In this document: positions 8,909-19,236 of the stretch, one piece after another
Layout: each line of letters begins with the position of its first letter
How positions within the stretch are numbered: the stretch's first letter is position 1
NCBI GenBank assembly: GCA_964467615.1
Contig: CAYXRK010000001.1
Span: 14,008-78,007 of the forward strand
Origin: an uncultured Nitrospirales bacterium
GTDB taxonomy: Bacteria; Hydrogenedentota; Hydrogenedentia; Hydrogenedentales; GCA-2746185
Reading direction: 5' to 3'
DNA length: 64,000 nt
Program-made: the position numbers and the translations under genes
The notes under the pieces: generated by a model
What the model was told of the DNA's origin: nothing
Seen by the model: only the letters and a program-made list of their open reading frames with translations
Database searches by the model: none

Positions 8909-9895
8909 CTACGCCAACCACCGCGCCGCATCTTTCGCCCAATACGTAAGAATCAATTTCGCCCCTGCCCGCCGAATCGCGAGCAACGACTCGAGCGCCG
9001 CCCGCTTCTCGTCAATCCAGCCGTTCAACGCCGCCGCCTTCAGCATCGAGAATTCCCCCGACACGTTGTACGCGGCGATAGGCAAATCGAACTCGTCCGC
9101 CGCCCGTCGAATAACGTCGAGATACGGCAACGCGGGCTTAACCATGACAATGTCCGCGCCTTCGTCCACGTCCTCGGCAATCTCGCGCAGGGCCTCGCGC
9201 AGGTTCGGCGGATCCATCTGATAGCTCGAACGATCGCCGAATTGCGGCGGCGACTCCGCGGCGTCGCGGAACGGGCCGTAAAACGCCGACGCGAATTTCG
9301 CGCTGTACGCCATGATCGGCACGTCGGGGTAACCCGCGTCGTCGAGCGCCATGCGAATCTCGCCGATGCGCCCGTCCATCATGTCCGACGGCGCGACCAT
9401 GTCCGCCCCGGCGTTGACGTGCGCCAGCGATTCCTTCACCAACAACTCGAGCGTCTGGTCATTGTCGACGTCGGGCTTCCCGTCGCGGTTCTCGGTGATG
9501 ACGCCGCAGTGACCGTGGTCGGTGTATTCGCACATGCACACGTCCGTGATGACGCACAACTCAGGCGCGGCCTTCTTGATGCGTTCAATAGCGCGCGGAA
9601 TGATCCCGTCCTCCGCATACGCCTCGCTTCCCATCTCGTCCTTGGTCTCCGGTATACCGAACAGGATGACGGCCGGCACGCCTAGTCCCGCGAGTTCCTT
9701 CGCCTCCTCGGCCAGCGTATCGGGCGACCACTGAAAGTTGCCCGGCATCGACGCAATTTCCTGCTTGACCCCAGTGCCATGGCGCACGAAATACGGCATG
9801 ATCAAATCGTCAACGGAAAGCTTCGTCTCGCGCACCATGCGGCGCAACGTCGGGTTTCGGCGCATGCGGCGCAGTCGCGTTTCGGGAAAGGGCAT
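8909..9895 (-). CDS. hemB: porphobilinogen synthase (delta-aminolevulinic acid dehydratase)
   Basis: Full-length match to HemB, including active-site Lys regions ([17 protein letters not shown]) and the Cys-rich Zn site [12 protein letters not shown]. Confidence 0.92.
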   Translation of the reverse strand: MPFPETRLRRMRRNPTLRRMVRETKLSVDDLIMPYFVRHGTGVKQEIASMPGNFQWSPDTLAEEAKELAGLGVPAVILFGIPETKDEMGSEAYAEDGIIPRAIERIKKAAPELCVITDVCMCEYTDHGHCGVITENRDGKPDVDNDQTLELLVKESLAHVNAGADMVAPSDMMDGRIGEIRMALDDAGYPDVPIMAYSAKFASAFYGPFRDAAESPPQFGDRSSYQMDPPNLREALREIAEDVDEGADIVMVKPALPYLDVIRRAADEFDLPIAAYNVSGEFSMLKAAALNGWIDEKRAALESLLAIRRAGAKLILTYWAKDAARWLA

Positions 9896-9964
9896 GGCGG
9901 CGCGGCTCCTTGCTGCGGGACAGTTCTTTGCGGGTCGCGTATGATAGCAAAGGCTGGCCCGTCC

Positions 9965-10147
9965 TAGCCCGCGTCGCGCACCAGTGTTCGTAGCGAGGAA
10001 GTGGAGATGGTTGGTATATCAGGACTTGTTCGGTTCGGATCGGACGACAGCGTGTAGAAACACGTCGAGTTCGATCCGAGACGAAAAGTTCCGAGAGAAC
10101 GGCCATATCCGCTTCCGCAGTAGAATGGTGGTGAGCGATGCGGGCTA
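9965..10147. mobile_element. 183-bp MITE-like palindromic element, copy 1 (about 25-bp terminal inverted repeats TAGCCCGC...)
   Basis: About 93% identical to the reverse complement of 57221..57403. The termini are inverted repeats of each other. The internal sequence is quasi-palindromic. Lies in the hemB / AMP-ligase intergenic region. Confidence 0.7.
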
Positions 10148-10307
10148 AGTCAGCGAGGGAATGCGTCGCGCCCTGCAACCCGGCAGAACTTTCCTGGAAC
10201 GCCCGGACTCGCCGACTGCGGACACGGCGACCCCATCATTCCTGGCGAGAGCCCACCTTCACTGTTTGTTTCTCATCGACTCGCATTCGACATAAACTTC
10301 CCTCGGC

Positions 10308-11687
10308 ATGACACAGATTCTCCCCGATCCCACCAAGCGCGCTCTCCTATTCGCAGGCGGCGAATGGTCATACGCAGACCTCCATGCCCGCGTCGCCTGG
10401 GCGTCCGAACGCCTCCGCGATCGCGGCCTGCGGCCCGGTGACCGCCTCGTCATCAGTCTGCCTGCGGGAGTCGAAGCCGTCGTCTGGCTCTTGGCCGCGC
10501 TCGAGGCCCGCGCCGTGGTTTGCCCCGTCAATCCCAAACTCCCTCACCACGCCCTCGGCGATATCCTCAAGCGCCTCCGCGCGAAACATATCGTCCAGCA
10601 GGCTGACTCCGCCATCGAGGGCGAAATATCTGGCGTCGGCGTTCTCGAGTTCAGCGATGAAGAACTCGCCCGGCCAACCATCGTCGTCGCGACCTCCGGC
10701 AGCACAGCCGAACCGAAGCTCGCCGTGCTGTCGCTCCGAAATTTCCTCGCGAACGCCGACGCCTCGAACCGGAACATCCCCATCGCACCCGGCGACGCGT
10801 GGCTCCTCTCGCTGCCCCTGTTCCACATCTCCGGTCTCGGCATCGCCTTTCGGTGCACGCAGGCCCGCGCGACGATTACCGTGCCGCATCCCGATCAATC
10901 GTTGGCAAGCGCGATCACCGAATTCGGCGTAACGCATGCGTCGCTGGTTTCAACGCAACTGTACCGCCTGCTCGAATCCGAGGAGGGCCGCGCCGCCCTA
11001 TCCGGCCTCAATGCCGTGCTGCTCGGCGGCAGCGCCATCCCGGAATCGCTGATTCGGCGTGCGGTCGAGCGCGGCGTCCCAATCCACACCACCTACGGCC
11101 TCACCGAAAGCGCCGGTCAAGTCACCACCACGCCTCCGGTCTCTGACCTCGAAACGCTGCTGAGCTCGGGGCGCCCCCTCGCCGAGAGCACCATCCGCAT
11201 CGCCGCATCCGGCGAGATCGAAATCGCTGGCCCCACCCTATTCCTCGGCTACCTACAACCCAACGGCAGCATCACCCGGCCCGCCACGCCGGACGGTTGG
11301 TTTCCGACGGGCGACCTCGGCCGCTTCGACGACCACGGCCTACTCCACGTCACCGGCCGCCGCGACAATATGTTCATCAGCGGCGGCGAAAACATCCAGC
11401 CCGAAGAAATCGAACGTGCCCTCGCACAGATCGACGGCGTCGCGCAAGCGATCATCGTCCCCGTCCCAAGCGCCGAATATGGCCACCGCCCCGCCGCGTT
11501 CGTCCAATTGAGGGACCAAACCGCCCTCGAACCCGAAAGACTACGCGCGGCCTTGCGCGAATTGTTGCCAAGCTACAAACTACCCGACGCGTTTTTCGAC
11601 TGGCCGGAAGATCTCACCCGCGACGGCCTCAAACCCAGCCGTGCGGACTTCGCGAAACGGGCGCAGATGCTCGGCGGCAATCACTGA
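10308..11687 (+). CDS. AMP-dependent synthetase/ligase (MenE-like o-succinylbenzoate-CoA ligase family)
   Basis: [12 protein letters not shown]-binding motif, YGLTE and [17 protein letters not shown] motifs. About 459 aa, the size of MenE. menB is present elsewhere in the window. Confidence 0.7.
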   Translation: MTQILPDPTKRALLFAGGEWSYADLHARVAWASERLRDRGLRPGDRLVISLPAGVEAVVWLLAALEARAVVCPVNPKLPHHALGDILKRLRAKHIVQQADSAIEGEISGVGVLEFSDEELARPTIVVATSGSTAEPKLAVLSLRNFLANADASNRNIPIAPGDAWLLSLPLFHISGLGIAFRCTQARATITVPHPDQSLASAITEFGVTHASLVSTQLYRLLESEEGRAALSGLNAVLLGGSAIPESLIRRAVERGVPIHTTYGLTESAGQVTTTPPVSDLETLLSSGRPLAESTIRIAASGEIEIAGPTLFLGYLQPNGSITRPATPDGWFPTGDLGRFDDHGLLHVTGRRDNMFISGGENIQPEEIERALAQIDGVAQAIIVPVPSAEYGHRPAAFVQLRDQTALEPERLRAALRELLPSYKLPDAFFDWPEDLTRDGLKPSRADFAKRAQMLGGNH

Positions 11688-11758
11688 AATGTAGCAACGC
11701 GCACGTTGCTCCGGGGCCCCTCTTGCGCGTATCGTCTCGCTTTTCGTCAGGACGGGTA

Positions 11759-13138
11759 ATGGCAGTTCATAGGATTAAAAAGGGCCTCGATCTGCCCATC
11801 TCGGGCGAGCCCGAGCAGGCCGTTCGACCAGGCGCGGCCGTGACGCGGGTCGCGCTTTTGGCGGACGACTACCCCGGCATGAAGCCGACGATGCTCGTCG
11901 AGCCGGGCGACGCGGTCAAGCGCGGCCAGGAGATTTTTGAAGACAAGAAGAACCCCGGCGTCGTGTACACGTCCCCGGGAGCGGGCGCCGTTCTCGCGGT
12001 GAATCGTGGTGAGAAGCGTGCGTTCCAATCCGTCGTAATCGAGCTAAGCGCCGCCGAACGCAAAGGCGCGCCCGCGGCGGACGAGTTCCAAGAATTCGAA
12101 CACTATACCGGCGGCGGCCCCAACGCGCTCGACGCCGCGCAAATCCGGGCGCTGCTGATCGAGTCGGGCCAATGGACGGCTTTCCGCACACGCCCGATGA
12201 GCAAAGTCCCCGCCGTCGATTCGACACCTGCCGCGATCTTCGTTACGGCGATGGACACCAATCCGCTCGCGCCGTCGGTCGACGTCGTGTTCAACGAAAA
12301 CAAGGACGCATTCAGCGCGGGTCTCGGGGTCGTGTCGAAGCTCACGACCGGGCCGACGTATTTGTGCCGCGCGCCCGCCGGCGCCGTCTCTTCAAATGGA
12401 CACCAGAACATCCGCGTCGAAGAGTTCAAAGGCGTGCATCCCGCAGGCAACGCTGGGACGCACATTCACATCCTCGAAGGCGCGGGCCGCTCCCACGTGG
12501 TCTGGCATATCGGCCTTCAAGACGTGATCGCCATCGGCCATTTGTTCAAGACAGGTCGCCTCTACGTGGACCGCATCATCGCGCTGGGCGGTCCGCAAGT
12601 CTCAAAGCCGCGCCTCCTGCGAACTCGCACAGGCGCATCCACTGATCAATTGGCCACCGGGGAACTGAAGGAAGGCGAGAACCGCGTCATTTCCGGCTCG
12701 GTGCTGTCCGGTCGATCCGCGCACGGCGACGTCTTCGGATACTTGGGCCGTTTTCACCAGCAAATCTCCGTCCTGCGCGAAGGCCGCGAGCGCGAGTTCC
12801 TCGGTTGGCTCACGCCGGGCGGCGATAGGTTCTCCGTCACCCGCTCGTTTCTATCGAGTCTCTTCCGCGGCCGCCGCTTCGATTTCACGACGAGCACAAT
12901 GGGCAGTCCGCGCGCGATGGTGCCGATTGGCCTCTACGAAAAAGTCATGCCGCTCGACATCTTGGCGACCTATCTCTTGCGGGCGCTCATCATGGGCGAC
13001 GTCGAGCGCGCCGAACAGTTGGGCTGCCTCGAACTCGACGAAGAAGACCTCGCGTTGTGCTCGTTCGTGTGTCCGGGCAAGACCGAGTACGGCCCCTTGT
13101 TGCGCGCCGTGCTCATGCAGATCGAGAAGGAAGGCTGA
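11759..13138 (+). CDS. nqrA: Na+-translocating NADH:quinone oxidoreductase subunit A
   Basis: [18 protein letters not shown]... N-terminus typical of NqrA. The ORF-track upstream extension is Arg-rich and spurious. First gene of the nqrABCDEF series. Confidence 0.85.
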   Translation: MAVHRIKKGLDLPISGEPEQAVRPGAAVTRVALLADDYPGMKPTMLVEPGDAVKRGQEIFEDKKNPGVVYTSPGAGAVLAVNRGEKRAFQSVVIELSAAERKGAPAADEFQEFEHYTGGGPNALDAAQIRALLIESGQWTAFRTRPMSKVPAVDSTPAAIFVTAMDTNPLAPSVDVVFNENKDAFSAGLGVVSKLTTGPTYLCRAPAGAVSSNGHQNIRVEEFKGVHPAGNAGTHIHILEGAGRSHVVWHIGLQDVIAIGHLFKTGRLYVDRIIALGGPQVSKPRLLRTRTGASTDQLATGELKEGENRVISGSVLSGRSAHGDVFGYLGRFHQQISVLREGREREFLGWLTPGGDRFSVTRSFLSSLFRGRRFDFTTSTMGSPRAMVPIGLYEKVMPLDILATYLLRALIMGDVERAEQLGCLELDEEDLALCSFVCPGKTEYGPLLRAVLMQIEKEG

Positions 13139-14403
13139 TGGTCCGGTTCATCCGAAAAATTCAGGAACGGCAAGCCAAGCTCTTCGAGAAGGGCGGCCGC
13201 CTCGAGAAACTTTACCCGATCTACGAAGCGAACGACACGTTTCTCTTCACGCCCGGCCACGTGACGCACGGCGCATCGCACGTCCGCGACGGCCTCGATC
13301 TCAAACGCATGATGGTGACCGTAGTCATCGCCCTCGCGCCGTGCATGTTCATGGCGATGTACAACACCGGCTATCAAGCCTTCCTCGCCATCGAGGGCGG
13401 CGCGAGCGCGTTGAGCGACTGGCACACCGCCCTCTACAACGCGCTGGGACTAAGCTGGGCGCCGGCGAATTTCCTCGGTTGCGTCCTCTACGGCGCATTG
13501 TTCTACGTCCCCGTCTATATCGTGACCCTCGCCGCCGGCGGCTTCGTTGAGGTCGTCTTCGCCGTCGTCCGCAAGCATGAAATCAACGAAGGCTTCCTCG
13601 TCACCAGCGCGCTGTTCCCGTTGACGCTCCCGCCAACGATCCCCCTCTGGCAGGTTGCCCTCGGCATCATGTTCGGCGTCTTCTTCGCTAAGGAAATCTT
13701 CGGTGGCGTGGGCATGAATATTTTCAATCCGGCGCTCGTGGCCCGCGCGTTTTTGTTCTTCGCGTACCCGGCGCAGATTTCCGGCGATGCCGTCTGGATC
13801 GCCGCGAGAACCGCGCCGGACACGTATTCCGGCGCGACGTTGCTCGCGCGCGCCGTGTACGGCGCGCCCGTCACGCAGCCGGACGGCACGATAGTGCAGA
13901 GCGGCGTGCAAGCGTTGCACGAGAGCGGCATTACGTGGATGCAGGCCTTCCTCGGGCTTCTTCCCGGCTCGATGGGCGAAACGTCCAAACTGTTTTGCTT
14001 GTTCGGAGCGTTTGTACTTATTTATACCGGTATCGGTTCCTGGCGCACCATGGCGGGCGGCGTCGCCGGCAGCTTCATGATGGTGATTACATTTAACCTT
14101 ATCGGTTCCTCGACAAATCCGTTACTCGACGTCCCCATTCACTGGCATTGGGTCCTCGGCAGCTTCGCCTTTGCCATGGTCTTCATGGCCACCGATCCCG
14201 TCTCCAGCGCCTTCACTGCGCCGGGCCAACTCATCTACGGCTTCGCCATCGGCATGTTCGGTAGTCTCATTCGCGTCATCAATCCCGCCTATCCCGAAGG
14301 TTGGATGCTCGCCATTTTGTTCATGAATATGTTCGCGCCCTTGATTGACTGGTTCTTCAAGCAGCGCAACATCAAGCGCAGGCTCGCGCGCCATGCAGCG
14401 TAA
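13138..14403 (+). CDS. nqrB: Na+-NQR subunit B
   Basis: Polytopic membrane protein. ATGA overlap with nqrA. Conserved NqrB/RnfD-like sequence. Confidence 0.85.
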   Translation: MVRFIRKIQERQAKLFEKGGRLEKLYPIYEANDTFLFTPGHVTHGASHVRDGLDLKRMMVTVVIALAPCMFMAMYNTGYQAFLAIEGGASALSDWHTALYNALGLSWAPANFLGCVLYGALFYVPVYIVTLAAGGFVEVVFAVVRKHEINEGFLVTSALFPLTLPPTIPLWQVALGIMFGVFFAKEIFGGVGMNIFNPALVARAFLFFAYPAQISGDAVWIAARTAPDTYSGATLLARAVYGAPVTQPDGTIVQSGVQALHESGITWMQAFLGLLPGSMGETSKLFCLFGAFVLIYTGIGSWRTMAGGVAGSFMMVITFNLIGSSTNPLLDVPIHWHWVLGSFAFAMVFMATDPVSSAFTAPGQLIYGFAIGMFGSLIRVINPAYPEGWMLAILFMNMFAPLIDWFFKQRNIKRRLARHAA

Positions 14404-15184
14404 CAGTTGGCAGTACATCATCGGTTTCGCCGGCCTCATCTGCGTCTTCTGCTCCCTTCTCGTATCGACCGCCGTCGTCGCGCTCAAGGAACGCCAAAGC
14501 GCGAACGCGCTCCTCGACAAACAAAAGAAAGTATTGTGGGTCGCCGGCCTCATCGACGCTGACGCCGTGCCGGATCCTGACGAAGTGCACCGCTTATTCG
14601 AGGGGCGTGTCCACGCGCACGTCGTCAGCCTGCAAACGGGCGAAGAAGCGCCGGAGTCCGAGATTGATCCGGCCACGTACGATCAGCAGAAGGCCCTTTC
14701 CGATCCCAACGCCAGCCGCGAGGCCCCGGCGAACCCGGCCCAGGTCAAGCGGCTTCCGAACTACGCAACAATGTACCAGGTGCTGGACGAATCCGGCCGC
14801 GTCGAACTACTCATTCTCCCGGTCTACGGTAAGGGGCTTTGGTCCACCATGTGGGGCTTTGTCGCGTTGAACCGGGACACGACGACCGTCAGGGGCCTCA
14901 TCTTCTACGCTCATGGCGAGACACCCGGACTCGGCGGCGAAATCGAGAACCCTCTCTGGATCGCCAAGTGGCCGGGGCGTAAGATATTCGACGAGCAATG
15001 GCGGCCAGCGATCCGGGTCATCAAGGGGCCCGCGAAGGGCGCCGAGGAAGCGCCGCACGACGTGGATGGTCTGTCCGGCGCGACGATAACGAGCAACGGC
15101 GTGACGTTTCTGCTGCGGTTTTGGCTCGGCGAAAACGGGTTCGGGCCGTACCTGGCGAAGTTTCGGGAATCCGAAGGGAGTTAG
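14393..15184 (+). CDS. nqrC: Na+-NQR subunit C (FMN-binding)
   Basis: Single N-terminal TM helix. LSGATITS flavin-attachment motif. Confidence 0.85.
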   Translation: MQRNSWQYIIGFAGLICVFCSLLVSTAVVALKERQSANALLDKQKKVLWVAGLIDADAVPDPDEVHRLFEGRVHAHVVSLQTGEEAPESEIDPATYDQQKALSDPNASREAPANPAQVKRLPNYATMYQVLDESGRVELLILPVYGKGLWSTMWGFVALNRDTTTVRGLIFYAHGETPGLGGEIENPLWIAKWPGRKIFDEQWRPAIRVIKGPAKGAEEAPHDVDGLSGATITSNGVTFLLRFWLGENGFGPYLAKFRESEGS

Positions 15185-15187
15185 CCC

Positions 15188-15823
15188 ATGGCGATACTCG
15201 GTAAGGCAGAACGCGCGGTCCTGTTCGATCCGCTGTTCAACAACAACCCCATCGGGCTCCAGGTGATCGGAATTTGTTCCGCGCTCGCCGTCACGACCCA
15301 GATGACCACCGCGGTCATCATGGCGCTTTCGGTGACCGTCGTTACGGGGTTCTCCAACCTTTCGGTCAGCTTGGTGCGGAACTTCACGCCTTCGAGTATC
15401 CGCATCATCGTCCAAATGACACTCATCGCCTCGCTCGTCATCGTCGTGGACCAACTCATCAAGGCCTACGCCTTCGACACGAGCAAGCGCCTCTCCGTTT
15501 TCGTCGGCCTCATCATCACCAACTGCATCGTGATGGGCCGCGCCGAGGCCTTCGCAATGGCCAATGCTCCCTGGCGCAGTTTCCTCGACGGCATCGGCAA
15601 CGGCCTGGGCTACAGCCTCGTCCTGGTTTCCTGCGGATTTGTCCGTGAGATCACCGGCTCGGGCAAGTTGTTCGGCCAACCGATCTTCGTCACGGTGAAT
15701 GACGGCGGGTGGTACGTTCCGAACGGTCTGATGCTGCTCTCGCCCAGCGCGTTCTTCCTCATCGGTTGCCTCATCTGGGCGCTCAGGGTATGGAAGCCCG
15801 AACAAATCGAGAAGGACGAGTGA
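15188..15823 (+). CDS. nqrD: Na+-NQR subunit D
   Basis: NqrD/RnfA-like membrane protein. GGGAG Shine-Dalgarno. Confidence 0.85.
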   Translation: MAILGKAERAVLFDPLFNNNPIGLQVIGICSALAVTTQMTTAVIMALSVTVVTGFSNLSVSLVRNFTPSSIRIIVQMTLIASLVIVVDQLIKAYAFDTSKRLSVFVGLIITNCIVMGRAEAFAMANAPWRSFLDGIGNGLGYSLVLVSCGFVREITGSGKLFGQPIFVTVNDGGWYVPNGLMLLSPSAFFLIGCLIWALRVWKPEQIEKDE

Positions 15824-15826
15824 GCC

Positions 15827-16453
15827 ATGTTCGAACATTACCTGGGACTGTTTATTAAGAGCGTGTTCATCGAGAACATGGCGCTCGCGTTCTTCCTCGG
15901 CATGTGCACGTTCCTCGCGTGCTCGAAAAAGATCGAGACAGCGCTGGGCCTGAGCGCGGCGGTCGTTTTCGTCCAGACCATCACCGTGCCCATCAACAAC
16001 CTCATCTACAACGCGGTGCTGCGCGAAGGCGCGCTCGCGTGGGTGCCCGGCGCTGGCGGCTACTTGAAGCAATTCGACCTGAGTTTCCTCGGCCTGCTCA
16101 GCTACATCGGGAGCATCGCCGCCGTCGTCCAGGTCCTCGAAATGTTTCTGGACAAATACGTGCCCAAGCTCTACGCGGCCCTCGGAATATTTCTGCCGCT
16201 CATCACCGTGAACTGCGCCATCCTCGCCGGTTCCTTGTTCATGGTCGAGCGCGACTACACCTTCGGCGAGAGCGTCGTCTACGGCGTCGGGAGCGGCGGC
16301 GGCTGGGCGCTTGCCATTATCGCGATGGCCGCGGTGCGCGATCGCATGGCCTACAGCAATGTTCCCGCCAGCTTGCGCGGGCTCGGCATGTCGTTCATCC
16401 TCGCCGGGTTGATGGCCATCGGGTTTATGAGTTTCGGCGGAATACAACTCTAG
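15827..16453 (+). CDS. nqrE: Na+-NQR subunit E
   Basis: NqrE/RnfA-like membrane protein immediately after nqrD. Confidence 0.85.
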   Translation: MFEHYLGLFIKSVFIENMALAFFLGMCTFLACSKKIETALGLSAAVVFVQTITVPINNLIYNAVLREGALAWVPGAGGYLKQFDLSFLGLLSYIGSIAAVVQVLEMFLDKYVPKLYAALGIFLPLITVNCAILAGSLFMVERDYTFGESVVYGVGSGGGWALAIIAMAAVRDRMAYSNVPASLRGLGMSFILAGLMAIGFMSFGGIQL

Positions 16454-16479
16454 TCGTCGTCATTGGGGGCGGTAACGTC

Positions 16480-17721
16480 ATGGGCGTCAGTATGCTGATC
16501 ACCATCGGGTTCAGCATGTTCATGTTCACATTCATGATCCTGGCCTTCGTCGCCGTGCTCATCGTCGCCAAGAACAAGCTTGTGACCGTCGGCAACGTGC
16601 GGATAGTCGTCAACGGCGATACCGAGCACGCCCTCAATGTCGCCGGCGGCGGGACCCTCCTCGGCGCGCTGGCCGAACAAAAGATTTTCATCCCCTCGGC
16701 CTGCGGCGGCAAAGGCAGTTGCGGCGTGTGCAAGGTGAGGGTCCTCGAAGGCGGCGGCGCATTTCTCCCCACCGAAAAAAACTTCATCAGCCGCGGCCTG
16801 GAACGCGAAGGCGTCCGCCTCTCCTGCCAAATCAAAGTCAAGCAAGACTTGCGCATCGTCGTGCCGGACGAGGTCTTCCACGTCCGCAAGTGGAAGTGCA
16901 AAGTCCGCTCGAACCACAACGTCGCCACCTTCATCAAGGAACTCGTCCTCGAACTCCCCGCGGGCGAGGAAGTCCCCTTTCGCGCGGGCGGGTACATTCA
17001 GATTGAGTGCTCGCCGCACCACGTCGATTTCAAGGACTTCGACATCGAACCCGAATACCGCGGCGACTGGGACAAATTTAACCTCTGGCGATACGCCTCC
17101 GACTGCAAGGAGAGCGTCTTCCGCGCCTTCTCGATGGCCAACTATCCGGATGAAAAGGGCGTCATCCTGCTCAACATCCGCATCGCCACGCCGCCACCCA
17201 AAGTCGCCGACGCGCCCCCAGGCATCATTTCGTCCTACACGTTCGGGCTTAAGCCGGGCGATGAAGTTACCATTTCCGGTCCCTACGGCGAGTTCTTCGC
17301 AAGAGACACCGGGAACGAGATGATTTTCGTCGGCGGCGGCGCGGGCATGGCGCCCATGCGTTCCCACATCTTCGACCAATTCCGCCGCCTGCACACCGGC
17401 CGCAAAGTTACGTTCTGGTATGGCGCGCGCAGTCTGCGCGAAGCGTTCTATATCGAGGATTTCAACGCCATCGCCGCCGAAAACAAGAACTTCACCTGGA
17501 ACTTGGCCCTGTCCGAGCCGCTCCCGGAAGACAACTGGACCGGCTACACCGGCTTCATCCACCAAGTCCTGTTCGATAACTATCTCAAGGGCCATCCCGC
17601 GCCCGAAGACTGCGAGTACTACATCTGCGGTCCGCCGATGATGAACACCGCCGTCATCAACATGCTCCACGGCCTTGGCGTCGAGGATGAAAACATCCTC
17701 TTCGACGACTTCGGCGGCTAA
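16480..17721 (+). CDS. nqrF: Na+-NQR subunit F (2Fe-2S ferredoxin + FAD/NADH-binding)
   Basis: N-terminal TM helix, [12 protein letters not shown] 2Fe-2S motif, and a ferredoxin-NADP reductase-type FAD/NAD domain (GGGAGMAPM). Confidence 0.88.
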   Translation: MGVSMLITIGFSMFMFTFMILAFVAVLIVAKNKLVTVGNVRIVVNGDTEHALNVAGGGTLLGALAEQKIFIPSACGGKGSCGVCKVRVLEGGGAFLPTEKNFISRGLEREGVRLSCQIKVKQDLRIVVPDEVFHVRKWKCKVRSNHNVATFIKELVLELPAGEEVPFRAGGYIQIECSPHHVDFKDFDIEPEYRGDWDKFNLWRYASDCKESVFRAFSMANYPDEKGVILLNIRIATPPPKVADAPPGIISSYTFGLKPGDEVTISGPYGEFFARDTGNEMIFVGGGAGMAPMRSHIFDQFRRLHTGRKVTFWYGARSLREAFYIEDFNAIAAENKNFTWNLALSEPLPEDNWTGYTGFIHQVLFDNYLKGHPAPEDCEYYICGPPMMNTAVINMLHGLGVEDENILFDDFGG

Positions 17722-17856
17722 CCCCAATTCCGGCCGCCACCGTAGCGCCTGCCTCGCCGAGGCCGGCGCAGCCTCACCCCAAGATCCACGATTCACCCAA
17801 ATCTAACCCGCCATTCAGTCAAACGCCCGCCGCGATTCCGCTATACTCACAACACA

Positions 17857-18663
17857 ATGAAACACGGATTCCTCATCGACATGGACGGTGTCATCTACCG
17901 CGGCGCGGACGTCATCCCCGGCGCGGACCGCTTCGTGCGCATGCTCCGCGAGCGCGACGTCCCCTTCATGTTTCTCACCAACAACAGCCAGCGCACCCGC
18001 CTCGACGTCGCCACCAAGCTCCGCCGAATGGGCTTCGACGTCGAGGAACACCACGTCTTCACCTGCGCCATGGCCACCGCCCGTTGGCTCGCGCACCAAG
18101 GCCCCGGCGCCTGCGCCTACGTCATCGGCGAAGGCGGCCTCCTCACCGCGCTCAACGACAACGGCATCGCCATCGTCGATCACGACCCCGACTACGTCGT
18201 CGTCGGCGAAGGCCGCACGCTCAACTTCGAGAACATCGAGGCCGCCGTCGGCATGGTCCTCAACGGCGCGAAACTCATCGCCACCAACCTCGACCCCAAC
18301 TGCCCGACGCCCCTCGGCATGCGGCCCGGATGTGGCGCAATCATCTCCATGCTCGAAACCGCCACCGGCGCGAAGGCCTTCAGCGTCGGTAAGCCCAACC
18401 CCATCATGATGCGCATGGCCCGCAAAGAACTTGACCTCGACACCGCCGAAACCACCATGATCGGCGACACCATGGAAACCGACATCCTCGGCGGCGTCCA
18501 ACTCGGGTTCCGCACCGTTCTCGTCCTCACCGGCGGCACCCAAAACAAAGACCTCTCCCGCTACGCCTACCAGCCCGACCTCGTCGTCGACTCCATCCAT
18601 GACCTCTGCACCGACGAATTCATCATGGCCTCCCCCGAACACGCCGTCCTCACCCGCGACTGA
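17857..18663 (+). CDS. HAD-superfamily hydrolase, subfamily IIA (NagD-like)
   Basis: IDMDGV motif I and FLTNNS motif II. GDTMETDI motif IV. Confidence 0.75.
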   Translation: MKHGFLIDMDGVIYRGADVIPGADRFVRMLRERDVPFMFLTNNSQRTRLDVATKLRRMGFDVEEHHVFTCAMATARWLAHQGPGACAYVIGEGGLLTALNDNGIAIVDHDPDYVVVGEGRTLNFENIEAAVGMVLNGAKLIATNLDPNCPTPLGMRPGCGAIISMLETATGAKAFSVGKPNPIMMRMARKELDLDTAETTMIGDTMETDILGGVQLGFRTVLVLTGGTQNKDLSRYAYQPDLVVDSIHDLCTDEFIMASPEHAVLTRD

Positions 18664-19236
18664 AGACCCTTCGCGGGGCACCACGTATTGTGGTGGGCAG
18701 AAGTTGCCGCATTGAGGCCCTCCCGCAATCGTTTGGTCATCTTTTTAACACCTCCAGATCGGGGTCACGACCGTCTTCGTCGATTTTGCTCGAAAATACT
18801 TTCCTGAAGAAACAAAGGTATCTAGGTTTTCGAGTTTTTGAAGTGCAACCACGGAGCCACCGAGATCACTGAGGACACAGAGAGTTGAAGACGTGAGCAC
18901 CCCCTATATATAGAGCCAAACGTGTTGACCTAAAATTTTGAAAAAGGGCCGGAAAATGGGGCTGGAATGCGTGTTTACGTGCCCGCAGATGACGCAGACA
19001 GACGCAGATGAGAAGTACTTCGCAAGGCGGGAGGACACATGGGTGCGCGACCGTCTGAGACAACCTTCAGTCCATCAGTGTCGATCTGTGGCTGAAATAC
19101 GTTGCCCGACCCCAGCCCACCTTACTTCCGCCTACACCCGCGAAAGAACGGGTATACAAGGGTCTCTACGTCGCATCTCGTGCCTGTCGTCACTGGTGTA
19201 GGATAGCGTGGCGGTCACGCTGGGGGCTCGGAATAA

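Noticed and set aside
10020-10035. GGTTCGGATCGG, resembling a tRNA T-arm
   Set aside because: Lies inside the MITE-like repeat. No acceptor/anticodon arm context. The same segment occurs in copy 2.
11297-11758. N-terminal 154-aa extension of the nqrA ORF in the ORF track
   Set aside because: Arg/Pro-rich with no similarity, overlapping the real AMP-ligase gene. The true nqrA start is the [12 protein letters not shown] at 11759.
17722-17790. GC-rich hairpin (gcctcgccgaggc) after nqrF as a rho-independent terminator
   Set aside because: Stem too short with a 3-nt loop at best, and no following T-tract.
14807-17796. 546-aa and 448-aa minus-strand ORFs antisense to nqrC-nqrF
   Set aside because: Asp/Glu/Arg/Gly-rich compositional artefacts. 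The sense strand encodes unmistakable Nqr subunits.
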